From NCBI GenBank assembly GCA_037142615.1, contig JBAXAI010000030.1, positions 1 to 43,646 of the forward strand: a stretch of 43,646 nucleotides of DNA. The letters are read 5' to 3'. How positions within the stretch are numbered: the stretch's first letter is position 1; each line of letters opens with the position of its first letter. A model generated the notes under the pieces. The model saw only the letters and a program-made list of their open reading frames with translations. It had not been told where the DNA came from and did no database searches. The stretch comes from Spirochaetales bacterium. GTDB lineage: Bacteria; Spirochaetota; Spirochaetia; JABEVK01. Both the position numbers and the translations under genes were made by a program. Positions 27,433 through 37,935 of the stretch are shown here, piece by piece.

Positions 27433-29414
27433 GGTATCGCATCCAGGAGCAGCAGGTCGTTCGCCGAGACCCAACCCTCGAGGCCGTAGCCTGTCTGAAC
27501 CAGCACGTCGTCGAGCGTCCTGCCCAGGATCTTGACGACGGTGCCTCCACGAAGGCTCATCCACCGCTCGGCCAAACTGCCAGGGACCTTCTTCAACGGG
27601 CCGTCGGAGGGACCTACCACGGCGTTGGCTTCATGCCTGACACTTTCTTCGACAACCAAGGCGCTCGTCGCCGTTACGCAGCCCATCAACGAGAGCGAGG
27701 CCAGCACGAGCCAGAACGGTCGCCGACTCAAACGGTACCCGCCCCAGAACAGAAAGCCCAGGTTGAGCGAGACCAGAATCATAGCGAAAAGAAGGTCCGA
27801 GGACAGGCCAAGCCAAGGGTGAAACTGATCGACAAGAACCTGGTCTTCTTCGAGGGTTCGGAGGACCGACGCTGCCTCGGTCCCTTGGTAGCCCAGATCG
27901 AGAGCCCTGCGGAGCGCATGGATGGCCAAGGCAGTTTTCTGGCTGTCGGCCGCTGCCAGAGCTTTGTTGTACCAGAACCCTGGTTCGTTGGGATGCGCGA
28001 CCGTGAGCGCGGACCAGTCCTGAAGGGTACGGGCTTTGGCGAAGTTCTCGGGGGGACCAAGGTTGCTGGCTGCCGAAAGCAACAACACCAGGGGCAGCAC
28101 GACAAAAAGCGAGGGCCCTGGCGAACGTGGCTTCCAGTAGGTTGCCAGCCAGAACAAGAGGCCCGGGAATGCCAGAGCAAAACCCCACCAGGAGCCCCAA
28201 AGACCCCAGGGCCGCGCGGCCAACACTTGCTCCCAGGTGAGCGGCAGGGGTCTGGTTGCGGCGACGGGCTTTTCTGCCGGAGGTGCTGACAAGTTCACCG
28301 AGATGAAACGGTCTTCCCAGGTGTTCACCAGCCCTGTGGAAGGCTGGAAGGACTGAAAACCAGGCAACCTGAGCCCCAGCGACCCGGCCCGTTCGGTTTG
28401 GAAGCGCCAGGTCACAACGAGATTGCCGGAGTACCCTATCGAAGTCGCCTTGGTGTGGACGTTCTCCTGTTTGGAAAGAAGAGTCAGCGAACCCGCCGTC
28501 ACGGGGGGCAGTACCAGCGCGGGGAAGTTACCCTCGCCCTTCACTTCCTGAGTGACGATGAACTGGCCGCTTTGGTCGTCGGTGCCTTCGTGGGCATCGA
28601 TCGAATACGTCAGATTGCCGACCGCACGGCTGACTTGAGCCCCTTCGGGCAAGGCAAGCACTTCCAGGCTGATCGGCTGAGTGGTGCGGGTGAGGCCCAG
28701 AACGGAGACCTTGACCGCCGGCACGGTTACCGTCCCCTCTTTGGTGGGAATGAGCATCCACCCCCCCCACGGGATATTCATGATCCGGTCTTCCCCAGCG
28801 CTCGAAATCTCGATTTCACCGAGGCCGGTGACTTTGTCGAGCAAGGCCCCGTTGGGGGCCGGCAAAGTCATTTCGCCGGGCTGCGACAAAGTATCGAGGT
28901 TACGGACCTGCAGAAGCAGAGGGATGGCCTGGCCCTGGTAGTAGGGACCCGGTGGCACCACCCAACGGGCATCGATGGGAAACCGGAGTTTGGCCTCGTC
29001 GGAAGCCAAAAGGTAGACGGTGAAGGGGGCAACGCTGAGGTCCTTGTTCCCTACCTTGACCGTCCAGGGGCCGAGTTCAAGAATAGCGGGCGCCAGCACT
29101 TTGAGCGTAAGGGTGATGTGGGTTGAGCGGCTCATCTTGCCCAGCGACTCCTCCCAGGTGGAAGCTTCGCGGATGTTGGGTCCCTCGACGAGTCCGAGCG
29201 CGGCAGGAAGTGCGCCGTACGAAAACCGTACCGCCTGTGGGTCGGCCGTGTTGACCACGATGTCGAGCGTGAACTTGGTTCCCACAACAAACCGGTCGGT
29301 TTCGAGGTTGAGCTGAGCTTTCAAGGGAGCGGCGGGGAGCGGCAGGGCTCCCCACAGGACTACCAGTCCGAGGAGGATGGCACGGACGCGCCCTGCTGGT
29401 TGTTGGCTTTCCAC
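27429..29414 (-). CDS. batD: BatD-like protein with C-terminal BatE/SH3-like module
   Basis: Beta-rich domains, VKGEGNFP, TM helices, C-terminal GLEGWV; last Bat gene of the operon. Start uncertain. Confidence 0.7.
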   Translation of the reverse strand: MESQQPAGRVRAILLGLVVLWGALPLPAAPLKAQLNLETDRFVVGTKFTLDIVVNTADPQAVRFSYGALPAALGLVEGPNIREASTWEESLGKMSRSTHITLTLKVLAPAILELGPWTVKVGNKDLSVAPFTVYLLASDEAKLRFPIDARWVVPPGPYYQGQAIPLLLQVRNLDTLSQPGEMTLPAPNGALLDKVTGLGEIEISSAGEDRIMNIPWGGWMLIPTKEGTVTVPAVKVSVLGLTRTTQPISLEVLALPEGAQVSRAVGNLTYSIDAHEGTDDQSGQFIVTQEVKGEGNFPALVLPPVTAGSLTLLSKQENVHTKATSIGYSGNLVVTWRFQTERAGSLGLRLPGFQSFQPSTGLVNTWEDRFISVNLSAPPAEKPVAATRPLPLTWEQVLAARPWGLWGSWWGFALAFPGLLFWLATYWKPRSPGPSLFVVLPLVLLLSAASNLGPPENFAKARTLQDWSALTVAHPNEPGFWYNKALAAADSQKTALAIHALRRALDLGYQGTEAASVLRTLEEDQVLVDQFHPWLGLSSDLLFAMILVSLNLGFLFWGGYRLSRRPFWLVLASLSLMGCVTATSALVVEESVRHEANAVVGPSDGPLKKVPGSLAERWMSLRGGTVVKILGRTLDDVLVQTGYGLEGWVSANDLLLLDAIP

Positions 29415-29944
29415 CGGGATCCCTCCAATCGGTTGATGTAGTCGAGCATCGCCTTGTCGGTGTCTTTGGCCACCGGCGCGGTGGTCTGGGCCCGGGGTGT
29501 GAGGCCCAGCGCAAAGCTTTGGATCTTCAACAGGCTGAGCTCCAGATTTCGCTTGGACTCCAGATTTGACGGTTTTAGGATGAGCGCAGCCTTGAACTCG
29601 TTGTACGCCTCTTCGTATTGGCCCCGCTGGTAGAGCAGATGCCCGGTGTTGAAGGCCAAACGAAACTGCAGTTCATCGGAGCCAGGCTGCTTGATGCTCT
29701 TCCACACCGAAAGCGCCGTGTTTACCTCGCCGAGGGCATTGTCGACATTGCCGAGGTTGTACAGAACGACGGTCTGGCTGTCGGGCTGGGGCGAGACTCC
29801 CAGATACGCCAAACTGGCTTTTTGGAACTCTCCCCGTTGGAACGCCGCGTTGCCTTGAAGCACAATCCAACCATCGCCGAGTTCCGAGCACGAGACGGCG
29901 AGCCAAGCGAGCACAACCAGGGCCAGCACCCCCATAGGTTTCAT
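29360..29944 (-). CDS. BatC-like TPR (lipo)protein
   Basis: GNAAFQRGEF, YNLGNV, FNTGHLLYQRGQYEEA, KRNLEL, terminal DW. Confidence 0.8.
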   Translation of the reverse strand: MKPMGVLALVVLAWLAVSCSELGDGWIVLQGNAAFQRGEFQKASLAYLGVSPQPDSQTVVLYNLGNVDNALGEVNTALSVWKSIKQPGSDELQFRLAFNTGHLLYQRGQYEEAYNEFKAALILKPSNLESKRNLELSLLKIQSFALGLTPRAQTTAPVAKDTDKAMLDYINRLEGSRWKANNQQGASVPSSSDW

Positions 29945-30930
29945 CAGAACACCCCTTTCCAAGGTACGATACGTACGAGCAGGAAGCTGGTGAGCGTCGC
30001 AAGCGCCAGCAGGAGGAAGACGCGGTAGCGGGGCACACTTTCGAGTTTGACCCCCCCGCGCGCGGCTGGATTTCCCAGCGTCGAAAGAAGATCCTGCAAC
30101 TCCCGCATGTTGGCCCGGCTGGTGCCATCCAGGTAGTGGCCTCCGGTATCGCTGGCGATCAACCTCAGTGCCCCTTCGTTGAGTTTGGTGACCACTGGAA
30201 AACCAAAGGTGTCCTTGAGGCTGCCGCCTGCTGCGGGGATGGGTGCTCCGTCGGCCGTGCCGATGCCGATGGTGTACACCACGGTGGCCCGCGAAGCCGC
30301 AAGGCGTGAGGCTACCGACGGGTTTCCGTCCTTATACTCGCCATCCGACAAGACAATCACGGCCTTATGGCGCTGGCTCGAGAAGTCCACGGTCCGCAGG
30401 GCTTCTTCCAGTCCGGACTCCAGATTCGTGCCGGGAACGCTGGTCAGTGAAGGGCTGAGTTCTTCGAGCCACCGCTCCAGAACGGCCTTGTCGGGGGTCA
30501 GAGGGGTGAAGGTGACTCCCGTTCCTTCAAAGCCGACCAGCGAAAAGCGGGCCCCGGGAAACGCGCCGAGCAGCGAACGCACAGCCTCGCGCGCTTGTTC
30601 GAGCCGACTGGGCTGAACATCGGTGGCAGCCATCGACCGCGAAATATCGATGCACAACGCGATGTCCAGACCATCCTGCGGTTCTTCGACAGGCAGACTT
30701 CCCCAAGAGGGCCCCGCCCAAGCCGTGATAAGAAAAACAAAGGTGAGCAACAGCGCGACGCCCGAGAAGAAGCTCTTGAGCAGGTAGACCGAGTGCAGGT
30801 GATGCCCGCGCCAGGCTCCGCCGACTTTAAGGAGTTCGGATTTGCCCTTCAGGTAGCTGCTCTGCAACAGGAACCACGACGGAATGAGCAGCAGCAGGGT
30901 CCAGAACACCTCCGGGTTGGTAAAACTCAC
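29944..30930 (-). CDS. batB: BatB-like VWA-domain protein
   Basis: MIDAS DISRSM, DVQPSRL, PLTPD, GTNL, LSDGE, IGIGT. Confidence 0.85.
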   Translation of the reverse strand: MSFTNPEVFWTLLLLIPSWFLLQSSYLKGKSELLKVGGAWRGHHLHSVYLLKSFFSGVALLLTFVFLITAWAGPSWGSLPVEEPQDGLDIALCIDISRSMAATDVQPSRLEQAREAVRSLLGAFPGARFSLVGFEGTGVTFTPLTPDKAVLERWLEELSPSLTSVPGTNLESGLEEALRTVDFSSQRHKAVIVLSDGEYKDGNPSVASRLAASRATVVYTIGIGTADGAPIPAAGGSLKDTFGFPVVTKLNEGALRLIASDTGGHYLDGTSRANMRELQDLLSTLGNPAARGGVKLESVPRYRVFLLLALATLTSFLLVRIVPWKGVF

Positions 30931-31928
30931 AAGATCTCCTTCAAAAGGAGTTTCCGGGTGAGGAAGAACCCCAGCAAACAGGCGAAAGCCGCCAGGAGGA
31001 ACTCACCGTAGAGCGGCTTGTTGTGAACCTGCACCTTGACCCGCTTGGAAGCCGACTCGCGGGAATCGATGGCGAGGAAGATCGACTCCAGACTGCCCGA
31101 CGAACCAGCCGAGAAGTAGGCCCCCAGAGGAGGCACGGCCAGACTCTTGAGGAAGTCTTCCTGAAAGCCACCTTCGAGGGTACCAGAATAGGCCGTACCC
31201 GAGCGGGGATTGGTAAACTCAATGGGAACGGCCGCGTTGGTACCGATGCCGATGAGGTAGAGCGGTATGCCCATCGACCGAAGCAATTCGGCGGCGGTCG
31301 AAGGCTGGATCTCGCCGGCGTTGTTGACCCCGTCGGTGAGCACGATGACGACCTTTTGGGCGGCCGACGAGTTTTCAAGGTGCAGGGCCGCGAGCGCCAG
31401 CCCGAGTCCGAGTGCCGTGCCGTCGCCAAGATCCATGATTTGCAGGCTGTCGAGCCGATGGAGCAGGTACGGGTAGTCGAGCGTCAGAGGGACCCGTAGC
31501 GCGGCGTCGCGCCCAAAGGTCACCAGCCCGATCTGATCGTTTTCGCGGCCTTCGACGAACCGCTTGATCACGCCTTTCGCCGCGTTGAAGCGGTTCTCGG
31601 GGGGAAAGTCGCGCGCGGCCATCGACGGCGACTCGTCAAGAACGATGAGGATATCAGCCCCCGCGTTGAGGTAGATCTTCTCCTGCTGGGTCAGGGTCGG
31701 TCCCGCCAGAGCGACGACCATCAAGACAAAAGCGGCCCACAGTGCCATCGTGGAGAGGAACATCACCAGCCGCATGCCGGGGATGCTGGGCTGAAAACGC
31801 AGGCCGCCCCAAAGCCCCAGGGGGAAGGGCAGGCGTCCGCCCCGGTCTTTCCAGGAGTATTTGAAGTACGCGAGCACCGGAATACAGGCCAGGAAAAGGA
31901 AGTACGAGGGTTGGTCAAACGTCCACAT
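30927..31928 (-). CDS. batA: BatA-like VWA-domain protein
   Basis: DESPSM, DQIGLVTF, DGTALG, LTDGVNNAG; start adjusted to ATG 31928. Confidence 0.85.
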   Translation of the reverse strand: MWTFDQPSYFLFLACIPVLAYFKYSWKDRGGRLPFPLGLWGGLRFQPSIPGMRLVMFLSTMALWAAFVLMVVALAGPTLTQQEKIYLNAGADILIVLDESPSMAARDFPPENRFNAAKGVIKRFVEGRENDQIGLVTFGRDAALRVPLTLDYPYLLHRLDSLQIMDLGDGTALGLGLALAALHLENSSAAQKVVIVLTDGVNNAGEIQPSTAAELLRSMGIPLYLIGIGTNAAVPIEFTNPRSGTAYSGTLEGGFQEDFLKSLAVPPLGAYFSAGSSGSLESIFLAIDSRESASKRVKVQVHNKPLYGEFLLAAFACLLGFFLTRKLLLKEIL

Positions 31929-32817
31929 GAGGACCCTCCCGGCCTTCCAGCAGCCTGGCTTCGTTGCGAAGCAGTTCGAGGTCGTCAAGCCTCTCGACAT
32001 CATCAGGATTGCGCGAGTCGAAACGCACCACATCCGCCTTGTGGAGCATGCGGGTCCAGTTGAGGGCGGCGGTAGGCGACGCCGACCCCAGAACCGACGC
32101 GAACTCGGTGGCCGTGTAGCTCGAAAAATCCCGGTCGAACCGTCCGGAGAGGTAGGCACGAGCCAGCAGCAGAAACTGGGTGTAGAACTCCGGCCCGCTG
32201 GTTCCAGAGACCTTGGCCTGGAGTTTGCGCGACTCACGCAGGAGCCTGTGGTACGGCCGATGTCGGTCGAGGTGCTTCCAAAGCAGGGCCAGCAGGGCGA
32301 GGGCAGGCTGAAGAAAACGCCAAATCAGAACGGGCAAAACCACCAGAATCAGAAACAGGGTCAGCAGGATGATCTCGGTGTGCGGCAGGGGAAGCTGGTC
32401 GCGGGGCGGTGACAGGCCAGCTGCGGTGGCCGAGCTTTCCTTGGCCAAGACGCTGGCCGTGGTGATCTGCAGGGAATCGAGCTTCACATCGCCAAGTTCG
32501 AGCGCCGGGAGGAGTTTTTCTCCGGGAGCGAACGAAACGAACTTGATCGTCACGTGCTGAAAAGGCGGATCGGGGCGAATCTTCACATCCTGGAAGACAA
32601 GCCACGACTGAGTGGGCAAGGTCTGGATGGGCCGGAGTTCGACGCCCTCGGGCAAAACCAGAGTCACCCTCATCTCGACCGGATCGCCGACGGAGAACAC
32701 CGGCGGAACAAGGACAGTCTCGGTGATCGTGATGTCCTTTTGCTGGGCAGCGGAGCCGGCGCCCAGCAGCCCGGCCAAGATCAACCCGGCCAAAGACCTC
32801 AAGACGGCTGGCCTCAC
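31915..32817 (-). CDS. Bat-operon membrane-anchored hypothetical protein
   Basis: Signal peptide, FSVGDPVEM, single TM, KADVVRF; GTG start overlapping the DUF58 stop. Confidence 0.75.
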   Translation of the reverse strand: MRPAVLRSLAGLILAGLLGAGSAAQQKDITITETVLVPPVFSVGDPVEMRVTLVLPEGVELRPIQTLPTQSWLVFQDVKIRPDPPFQHVTIKFVSFAPGEKLLPALELGDVKLDSLQITTASVLAKESSATAAGLSPPRDQLPLPHTEIILLTLFLILVVLPVLIWRFLQPALALLALLWKHLDRHRPYHRLLRESRKLQAKVSGTSGPEFYTQFLLLARAYLSGRFDRDFSSYTATEFASVLGSASPTAALNWTRMLHKADVVRFDSRNPDDVERLDDLELLRNEARLLEGREGPHVDV

Positions 32818-33692
32818 GGGTGCCTCTCGCGACGGTTGAAGAACTGCGAAAGCCGGCTTGCCGGGTCGTCCTGCGTGCCCACCTCGAGCACGGGAACCCC
32901 GCGTCGCAGACACTCGCGCTTCCAATGCAACCGCTGTAGGGCCCAAAAGTCATGGTATTCGCGGCGAAAGGTGGGGGAATTGCCGAAGCCAAGCACCACT
33001 TGGCCGGTCTCGGGGTCAATCAGTTCGAGCAGGCCACCTTCGGGAAACTCGCTGTCGAGGGGGTCGTGGATGCGCACAGCGATGACGTCATGGTGTTTGG
33101 TCACCAGCGACATTTCTTTCCAGTAATTCGACGTCTTGAAGTCGGAAAGAATAACGATGATGCCCCGGCGTTTCATCGATTCATGGGCGGTTCGCAGGGC
33201 CAGCCCGAGGTTGGAGCCCTTGCCAGTGGCCTGAGCCATGAGGCATTCCTGCACCAGGCTCAGGGCGTAGGTTTTCCCTTTGCGCGGAGGCACCCACTTT
33301 TCTATCTTGTCGCTGAAGAAGACTCCGCCGACCCGGTCTTCGGTCGACACGGCGGCGAAAGCCAGGTTGGCGAACAGGCTGTTCAGAATCTCACGCTTGT
33401 TGTAGCGGCCCGACCCGGAGTCGAGCGAGGGCGAGATATCGGCTATGATGGTCAGACTGAGCTCACGCTCCTCGCGGAACTTCTTCGTGTAGGGGCTTCC
33501 CATACGGCTCGACACGTTCCAGTCGATAAAGCGGGCGTCGTCCATCGGGTCGTACTCGCGCACTTCGTCGAACTCCAGCCCAGGGCCTCGAAACACGGAA
33601 CGGTAGTTGCCGGAATAAAGACCTTCCACCAGCCGCGAAGAGTGCAGTTTGAGTTGCCGGATGCGGGTGTAGAAGTCCTGAAAGTCGAACAT
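32814..33692 (-). CDS. DUF58-domain protein
   Basis: GNYRSVFRGPGLEFDEVREY..MDDARFIDWNVS, EERE, LSDF. Confidence 0.93.
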   Translation of the reverse strand: MFDFQDFYTRIRQLKLHSSRLVEGLYSGNYRSVFRGPGLEFDEVREYDPMDDARFIDWNVSSRMGSPYTKKFREERELSLTIIADISPSLDSGSGRYNKREILNSLFANLAFAAVSTEDRVGGVFFSDKIEKWVPPRKGKTYALSLVQECLMAQATGKGSNLGLALRTAHESMKRRGIIVILSDFKTSNYWKEMSLVTKHHDVIAVRIHDPLDSEFPEGGLLELIDPETGQVVLGFGNSPTFRREYHDFWALQRLHWKRECLRRGVPVLEVGTQDDPASRLSQFFNRRERHP

Positions 33693-34676
33693 TTACGGAA
33701 TGGTCACGGCCGAAAGCAGGATGCGGATGACGTCGTCGGCGTTCATTTCCTCGGCCTCGGCCTCGTAGCTGAGCACGATGCGGTGTCGCAACACTTCGAA
33801 AGCCACCGACTTCACGTCTTCGGGCAGCACAAAGCCTCGGCCCTCAAAAAGCGCTTTGACGCGGGCCAGCTTGTACAGAGCGATCGAGGCACGGGGGCTG
33901 GCGCCGTAGTCGATAAAGCGCGTGAAGCCGTAGTTCTTGCGGTCTTTTTCGCGGCTGGCGCTGACAATGCTCACGATGTAAGTTTCGATGCGCTCGTCTA
34001 CGCGGATCGACTGCACCGCCGCGCGAAGCTTGCGCAAACTGACCAGGTCGAGCACGCGCTGCAAGGGCGGTAAGGCGTCCTTTTCGCTGGCAATCACTTT
34101 CAGGATATGAAGTTCTTCTTCGGGTGTCGGGTAGCTAACCACGAGCTTCATCATGAAGCGGTCAAGCTGGCTCTCGGGGAGCGAGTACGTGCCCTCTTGC
34201 TCAATCGGGTTTTGGGTGGCCAGCACAAAGAAGGGCTCGGGGAGCGGAAAGGTGTTTTCACCGATGGTGACCTGGTTTTCGCCCATGGCCTCGAGCAAGG
34301 CCGACTGCACCTTCGCGGGGGCGCGGTTGATCTCGTCAGCCAGCACGAAGTTGGTGAACACGGGGCCCTTGCGGGGTGTGAACTCACCGGTCTGCTGGCG
34401 GTACACCATGGTGCCCACGAGGTCGGCGGGCAGCAGGTCGGGGGTGAACTGGATGCGCTTGAAGTCGAGGCCCATGATGTCGGCCAGCGTGCGGACCGCC
34501 AAAGTCTTGGCCAGACCGGGGACGCCTTCGAGCAAAATGTGCCCGCCGGCGACGATGCCCCGAAGCAAGGCTTCCAGCAGCGCCTCCTGGCCGATAATCC
34601 GTTTGCCGAGCTCTCGTTTGGCGACCTGGATCAGTGCAAGGGACTCCTGGATGCTCTTTTCGCGGCTTTGTTCCAT
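33693..34676 (-). CDS. moxR: MoxR-family AAA+ ATPase
   Basis: GVPGLAKT, RIQFTPDLLPAD, LADEINRAPAKVQSALLEAM, ATQNPIEQEGTY, GASPRAS. Confidence 0.95.
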   Translation of the reverse strand: MEQSREKSIQESLALIQVAKRELGKRIIGQEALLEALLRGIVAGGHILLEGVPGLAKTLAVRTLADIMGLDFKRIQFTPDLLPADLVGTMVYRQQTGEFTPRKGPVFTNFVLADEINRAPAKVQSALLEAMGENQVTIGENTFPLPEPFFVLATQNPIEQEGTYSLPESQLDRFMMKLVVSYPTPEEELHILKVIASEKDALPPLQRVLDLVSLRKLRAAVQSIRVDERIETYIVSIVSASREKDRKNYGFTRFIDYGASPRASIALYKLARVKALFEGRGFVLPEDVKSVAFEVLRHRIVLSYEAEAEEMNADDVIRILLSAVTIP

Positions 34677-34685
34677 GCTCTGCTC

Positions 34686-35963
34686 CTAGCTTCGGTAGTC
34701 GGCGTTTTCACGCACATATTCGTACGACAAGTCACTGCCCCAAACCACGGTTTCGGTGCTCCCCTGCCCGAGGTCGAGGGCCAACACCACGTTGAGCTCA
34801 TGAGGGGGGAAGCCGGACTTCTTTTCGGGAAGCCCGGCGGCGGCGAAGGCCTTGGAAAGCCGTGCTTCTTTCATCGGGTCAAGCTGGAAGGCTCCCTTTT
34901 CGAACACCGTTTCGTCGGCGATCTTGAGGGTGATGGCCTTGGGGGTGAGCGGCAGCCCGAGGTTGCCGAACGCATCGCCCACGCTGGCCAACAGGCGCCC
35001 GACGTTGGGATCGTTGCCGAAGATGGCGGTCTTGACCAAGAGCGAGTTCACGATGGCCTTGCCGGCAATGCGCGCCTGAGCCAGGTCGTAGGCACCCGAA
35101 ATGCGCGCCTCGAGCACGTGCGACGTGCCCTCGCCGTTGCGCACAATGTCTTGGGCGAGGTCGCGGCACAGGTCTTCGAGCGCGCGCTCAAAGGCGACCT
35201 GGTCGGAACACGGCACCCTTTGGCTCGACCACATCAGGGCCATGTCGCTGGTGCTCTGGTCGCTGTCGATGCTGATGCAGTTGAAGGTTTTGCCCACCAC
35301 GCGGGGCAGCATGTCACGAAGGGCTTTGCGTGAAAGTTCGATGTCGGTGAGGATGTACACCAGCATGGTAGCCATGTTGGGCTCGATCATGCCGGCACCC
35401 TTGGCCACAGCCGTAAGGCGACCGCCGAACAACTGGCGCGACCGGACTTTGGGCCACGCGTCGGTGGTCATGATGCCCTTGGCGAAAGGCAGGGCCGAGG
35501 TGTTTTGCAAACCGGGTACCAACTGGGGAAGCGCCTTCTTCATGTCCTTGAGGGGTAAAGACCAACCGATGATGCCTGTGCTGGCGACAAACAACTGACG
35601 CGGGGCGATGCCCAAGAGCTTGCCAGCCTCGGCCTGCAGCGCCTTGGCGTCGTCGAGCGCGCGCGGACCACCGACGTTAGCGATCTTGTTGTTGACCAGT
35701 ACGCCGCGGCTGAGGGGTTCGTCGATCAGTTCGCGACCGAGCAGCACCGGCGCGCCGGGAAACGCATTGCGGGTGAACACGCCGCCAAAGGCTGCGGTGG
35801 CCTCTTCGAGCAGCAGAAGGTTGAGCCGCATGGGAAGGGGTTTGTCGACAGGACGTTCCACCGGAAGGAAGGTCAGGTTCGTGGTGGCCGTACGGAAGCC
35901 CTTGGGAAGGACCGCACGCTTTTCCAGGTCGGAAAGATAGTCTTCGGCCGTCTCGTAGGTCAT
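34686..35963 (-). CDS. argJ: Ornithine acetyltransferase / N-acetylglutamate synthase ArgJ
   Basis: STGIIG, IMTTD, KGAGMIEPNMATML (autocleavage Thr), STSD, VRNGEG, NADYRS. Confidence 0.93.
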   Translation of the reverse strand: MTYETAEDYLSDLEKRAVLPKGFRTATTNLTFLPVERPVDKPLPMRLNLLLLEEATAAFGGVFTRNAFPGAPVLLGRELIDEPLSRGVLVNNKIANVGGPRALDDAKALQAEAGKLLGIAPRQLFVASTGIIGWSLPLKDMKKALPQLVPGLQNTSALPFAKGIMTTDAWPKVRSRQLFGGRLTAVAKGAGMIEPNMATMLVYILTDIELSRKALRDMLPRVVGKTFNCISIDSDQSTSDMALMWSSQRVPCSDQVAFERALEDLCRDLAQDIVRNGEGTSHVLEARISGAYDLAQARIAGKAIVNSLLVKTAIFGNDPNVGRLLASVGDAFGNLGLPLTPKAITLKIADETVFEKGAFQLDPMKEARLSKAFAAAGLPEKKSGFPPHELNVVLALDLGQGSTETVVWGSDLSYEYVRENADYRS

Positions 35964-35994
35964 CCCAAGGTTTTACCGCAAAAGGCATGGAAAC

Positions 35995-36969
35995 TCAAGC
36001 GCGCCGAACAAGGGTCAACAGCAGCGGAAAATGGTCAGACACTCCGTTTCGCGTGCGGGGTCCCCAGGGCAGCGGCTGGGGGGCAAACCGCACCGGGTGG
36101 AAGTTTTCCGCTGCCCAGTCTCCCGCCAGCAGCGAGCTCGCCAGCACAAACATGTGATCGAGCGCGTTCCAGTCGCCGTGGTAGAAGTAGCTTCCTCTGG
36201 GTTCACCCGCCTGCGGCCAAGGGTCGGTGAGTTCCACGCCTCCGATGAGCGTGCGCTCGAAGCTTCCTTTCATCGACGGCTGGGGCCACGGGCGCGACAG
36301 GTCCACCGAGGTGTTGAAATCGCCCACGGCCAGAACTAAAGGATGATCCTCACGGTTTTGCAGTTCGCCCAGACGCCGGCCCAGCAACTGACCCGAAACC
36401 GCGCGCTGACCCTCCGTGGCGCCCGGCGTGGGAATGCGGCTTTTCCAATGGTTGGCCAACACGACCAGGTGTCGACCACCCAGGTCGAGTTCGACTTCGA
36501 GAATGGGGCGCAGGCTGCCCTCGGCCGGTGTCTCGGGCCAGTGCACACCCGTGTTCAGCAGGGGGTAGCGCGACAAGAACGCGGTTCGCATTCCCTGCGA
36601 CTCAGGTGGGGTGATGAACGTGAATCGGTAGCCCAAGTCTCCCAGAAAGCGGGAGTTCAACACTTCCAGGGCGCGCGGGCTCTCGACCTCTTCCAGCACA
36701 AGCAGGTCGGGGGAGCTCTGGCCGGTGGCGGTGCGGATCACCTTGGCCAGCGACTCGCAGCGTTGCCAAAAGTCAGCGCGGCTCCAGCCCTTTTGCGGGT
36801 CGAACTCGGGGTACTCCGTGCCGTCGTCGACGTCATCAAAGAGGTTCTCGACGTTCCAGGTCATCACGGTGAGCTGGCCCGAAGGCCGGGGAGTCAAGTC
36901 GAGGCTGCAGGAAGCCAGCAGGGTCAACCAAAGCAAGGACGCGAGGAGTGCATGGGGCGTTGGGGACAT
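35995..36969 (-). CDS. Endonuclease/exonuclease/phosphatase-family lipoprotein
   Basis: Lipobox LASC; TWNVENLFD, NHWKS, GDFN, LDH, SDHFP. Confidence 0.9.
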   Translation of the reverse strand: MSPTPHALLASLLWLTLLASCSLDLTPRPSGQLTVMTWNVENLFDDVDDGTEYPEFDPQKGWSRADFWQRCESLAKVIRTATGQSSPDLLVLEEVESPRALEVLNSRFLGDLGYRFTFITPPESQGMRTAFLSRYPLLNTGVHWPETPAEGSLRPILEVELDLGGRHLVVLANHWKSRIPTPGATEGQRAVSGQLLGRRLGELQNREDHPLVLAVGDFNTSVDLSRPWPQPSMKGSFERTLIGGVELTDPWPQAGEPRGSYFYHGDWNALDHMFVLASSLLAGDWAAENFHPVRFAPQPLPWGPRTRNGVSDHFPLLLTLVRRA

Positions 36970-36996
36970 CGGCGGCTCCTGCAGCCCCGAACGGGA

Positions 36997-37935
36997 CTAC
37001 ACGAGACTAGACAGGAGTCTTGCGGTTTCTGCTTGAGGTTCCAGCCCCGAAAAGTGAAAAATCGTGCCAGTGATGCGCTCAAAGGCCTGGGCGTAGCGGC
37101 GCAGCGTCTCGGCAAACACTTCGGCAGGGATCGCGGGGAGAGGACCTTCGCCCGTGAACCCCTGCCCGGTCAGCCATTGGCGCAGGTATTCCTTGTCGAG
37201 TTTGCGCGGTTCGCGGCCCTCGACAAAGGCCGCCTCGTAGTCGTCGGCAAACCAGAACCGGCTACAGTCGGGGGTGTGCATCTCATCGACCACGATCAGC
37301 TCGCCGTTCACCAGGCCAAACTCATACTTGGTATCGACCAGAATCAGGCCGCGAGAGGCCAACAACTCGGCGCCCCGGGCGTACAGCGCCAGCGCAGCCC
37401 GCTCGATCTGAGTCCAGAGTTCAGCGCTGACCCGGCCTGTCGCGATGAGGTCTTCGCGGCTCATGGGCAGGTCGTGATCGCCCACGGGGGCCTTGGTGGT
37501 GGGTGTGATCACCGGGTGCGGAAGTTTCTGGTGGGCCCGGAAACGCCCGGGGCCGCCAAGTCCCGCAAGGGCCAAACCGGGTACTGACTGCCCCGCCGCG
37601 TACGCCTTCCACGCGCTACCGGTGAGGTAGCCGCGCACCACCACTTCGACCGGTACCACCTGCGCCTTTTTGACGGCCACCGCGCGCGGGGTCATTTCGG
37701 CCAGAATGTGGTTTCCGAGGATGTCGCTAGTCTCGCGGAACCAGAACAAGGCCAACTGGTTGAGAATCTCGCCCTTGCCAGCGATGGCACCCAGCGGCCG
37801 GTCGAAGGCCGAAATGCGGTCGGTGGTGACCATTACCAACTTGTCGCCGGCGTCGATCACTTCGCGCACTTTGCCGTGGTACACAGGCCGCCCGGCAAAC
37901 GTATCGCCGGGAAAGCCCTCAAACGCTGCGGGCAC
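36997..37935 (-). CDS. purC: SAICAR synthase PurC
   Basis: GKVRE, TDRISAFD, EVVVRGYLTGS, DTKYEFG, DEMHTPDCSRFW, DKEYLRQW. Confidence 0.95.
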   Translation of the reverse strand: MPAAFEGFPGDTFAGRPVYHGKVREVIDAGDKLVMVTTDRISAFDRPLGAIAGKGEILNQLALFWFRETSDILGNHILAEMTPRAVAVKKAQVVPVEVVVRGYLTGSAWKAYAAGQSVPGLALAGLGGPGRFRAHQKLPHPVITPTTKAPVGDHDLPMSREDLIATGRVSAELWTQIERAALALYARGAELLASRGLILVDTKYEFGLVNGELIVVDEMHTPDCSRFWFADDYEAAFVEGREPRKLDKEYLRQWLTGQGFTGEGPLPAIPAEVFAETLRRYAQAFERITGTIFHFSGLEPQAETARLLSSLV

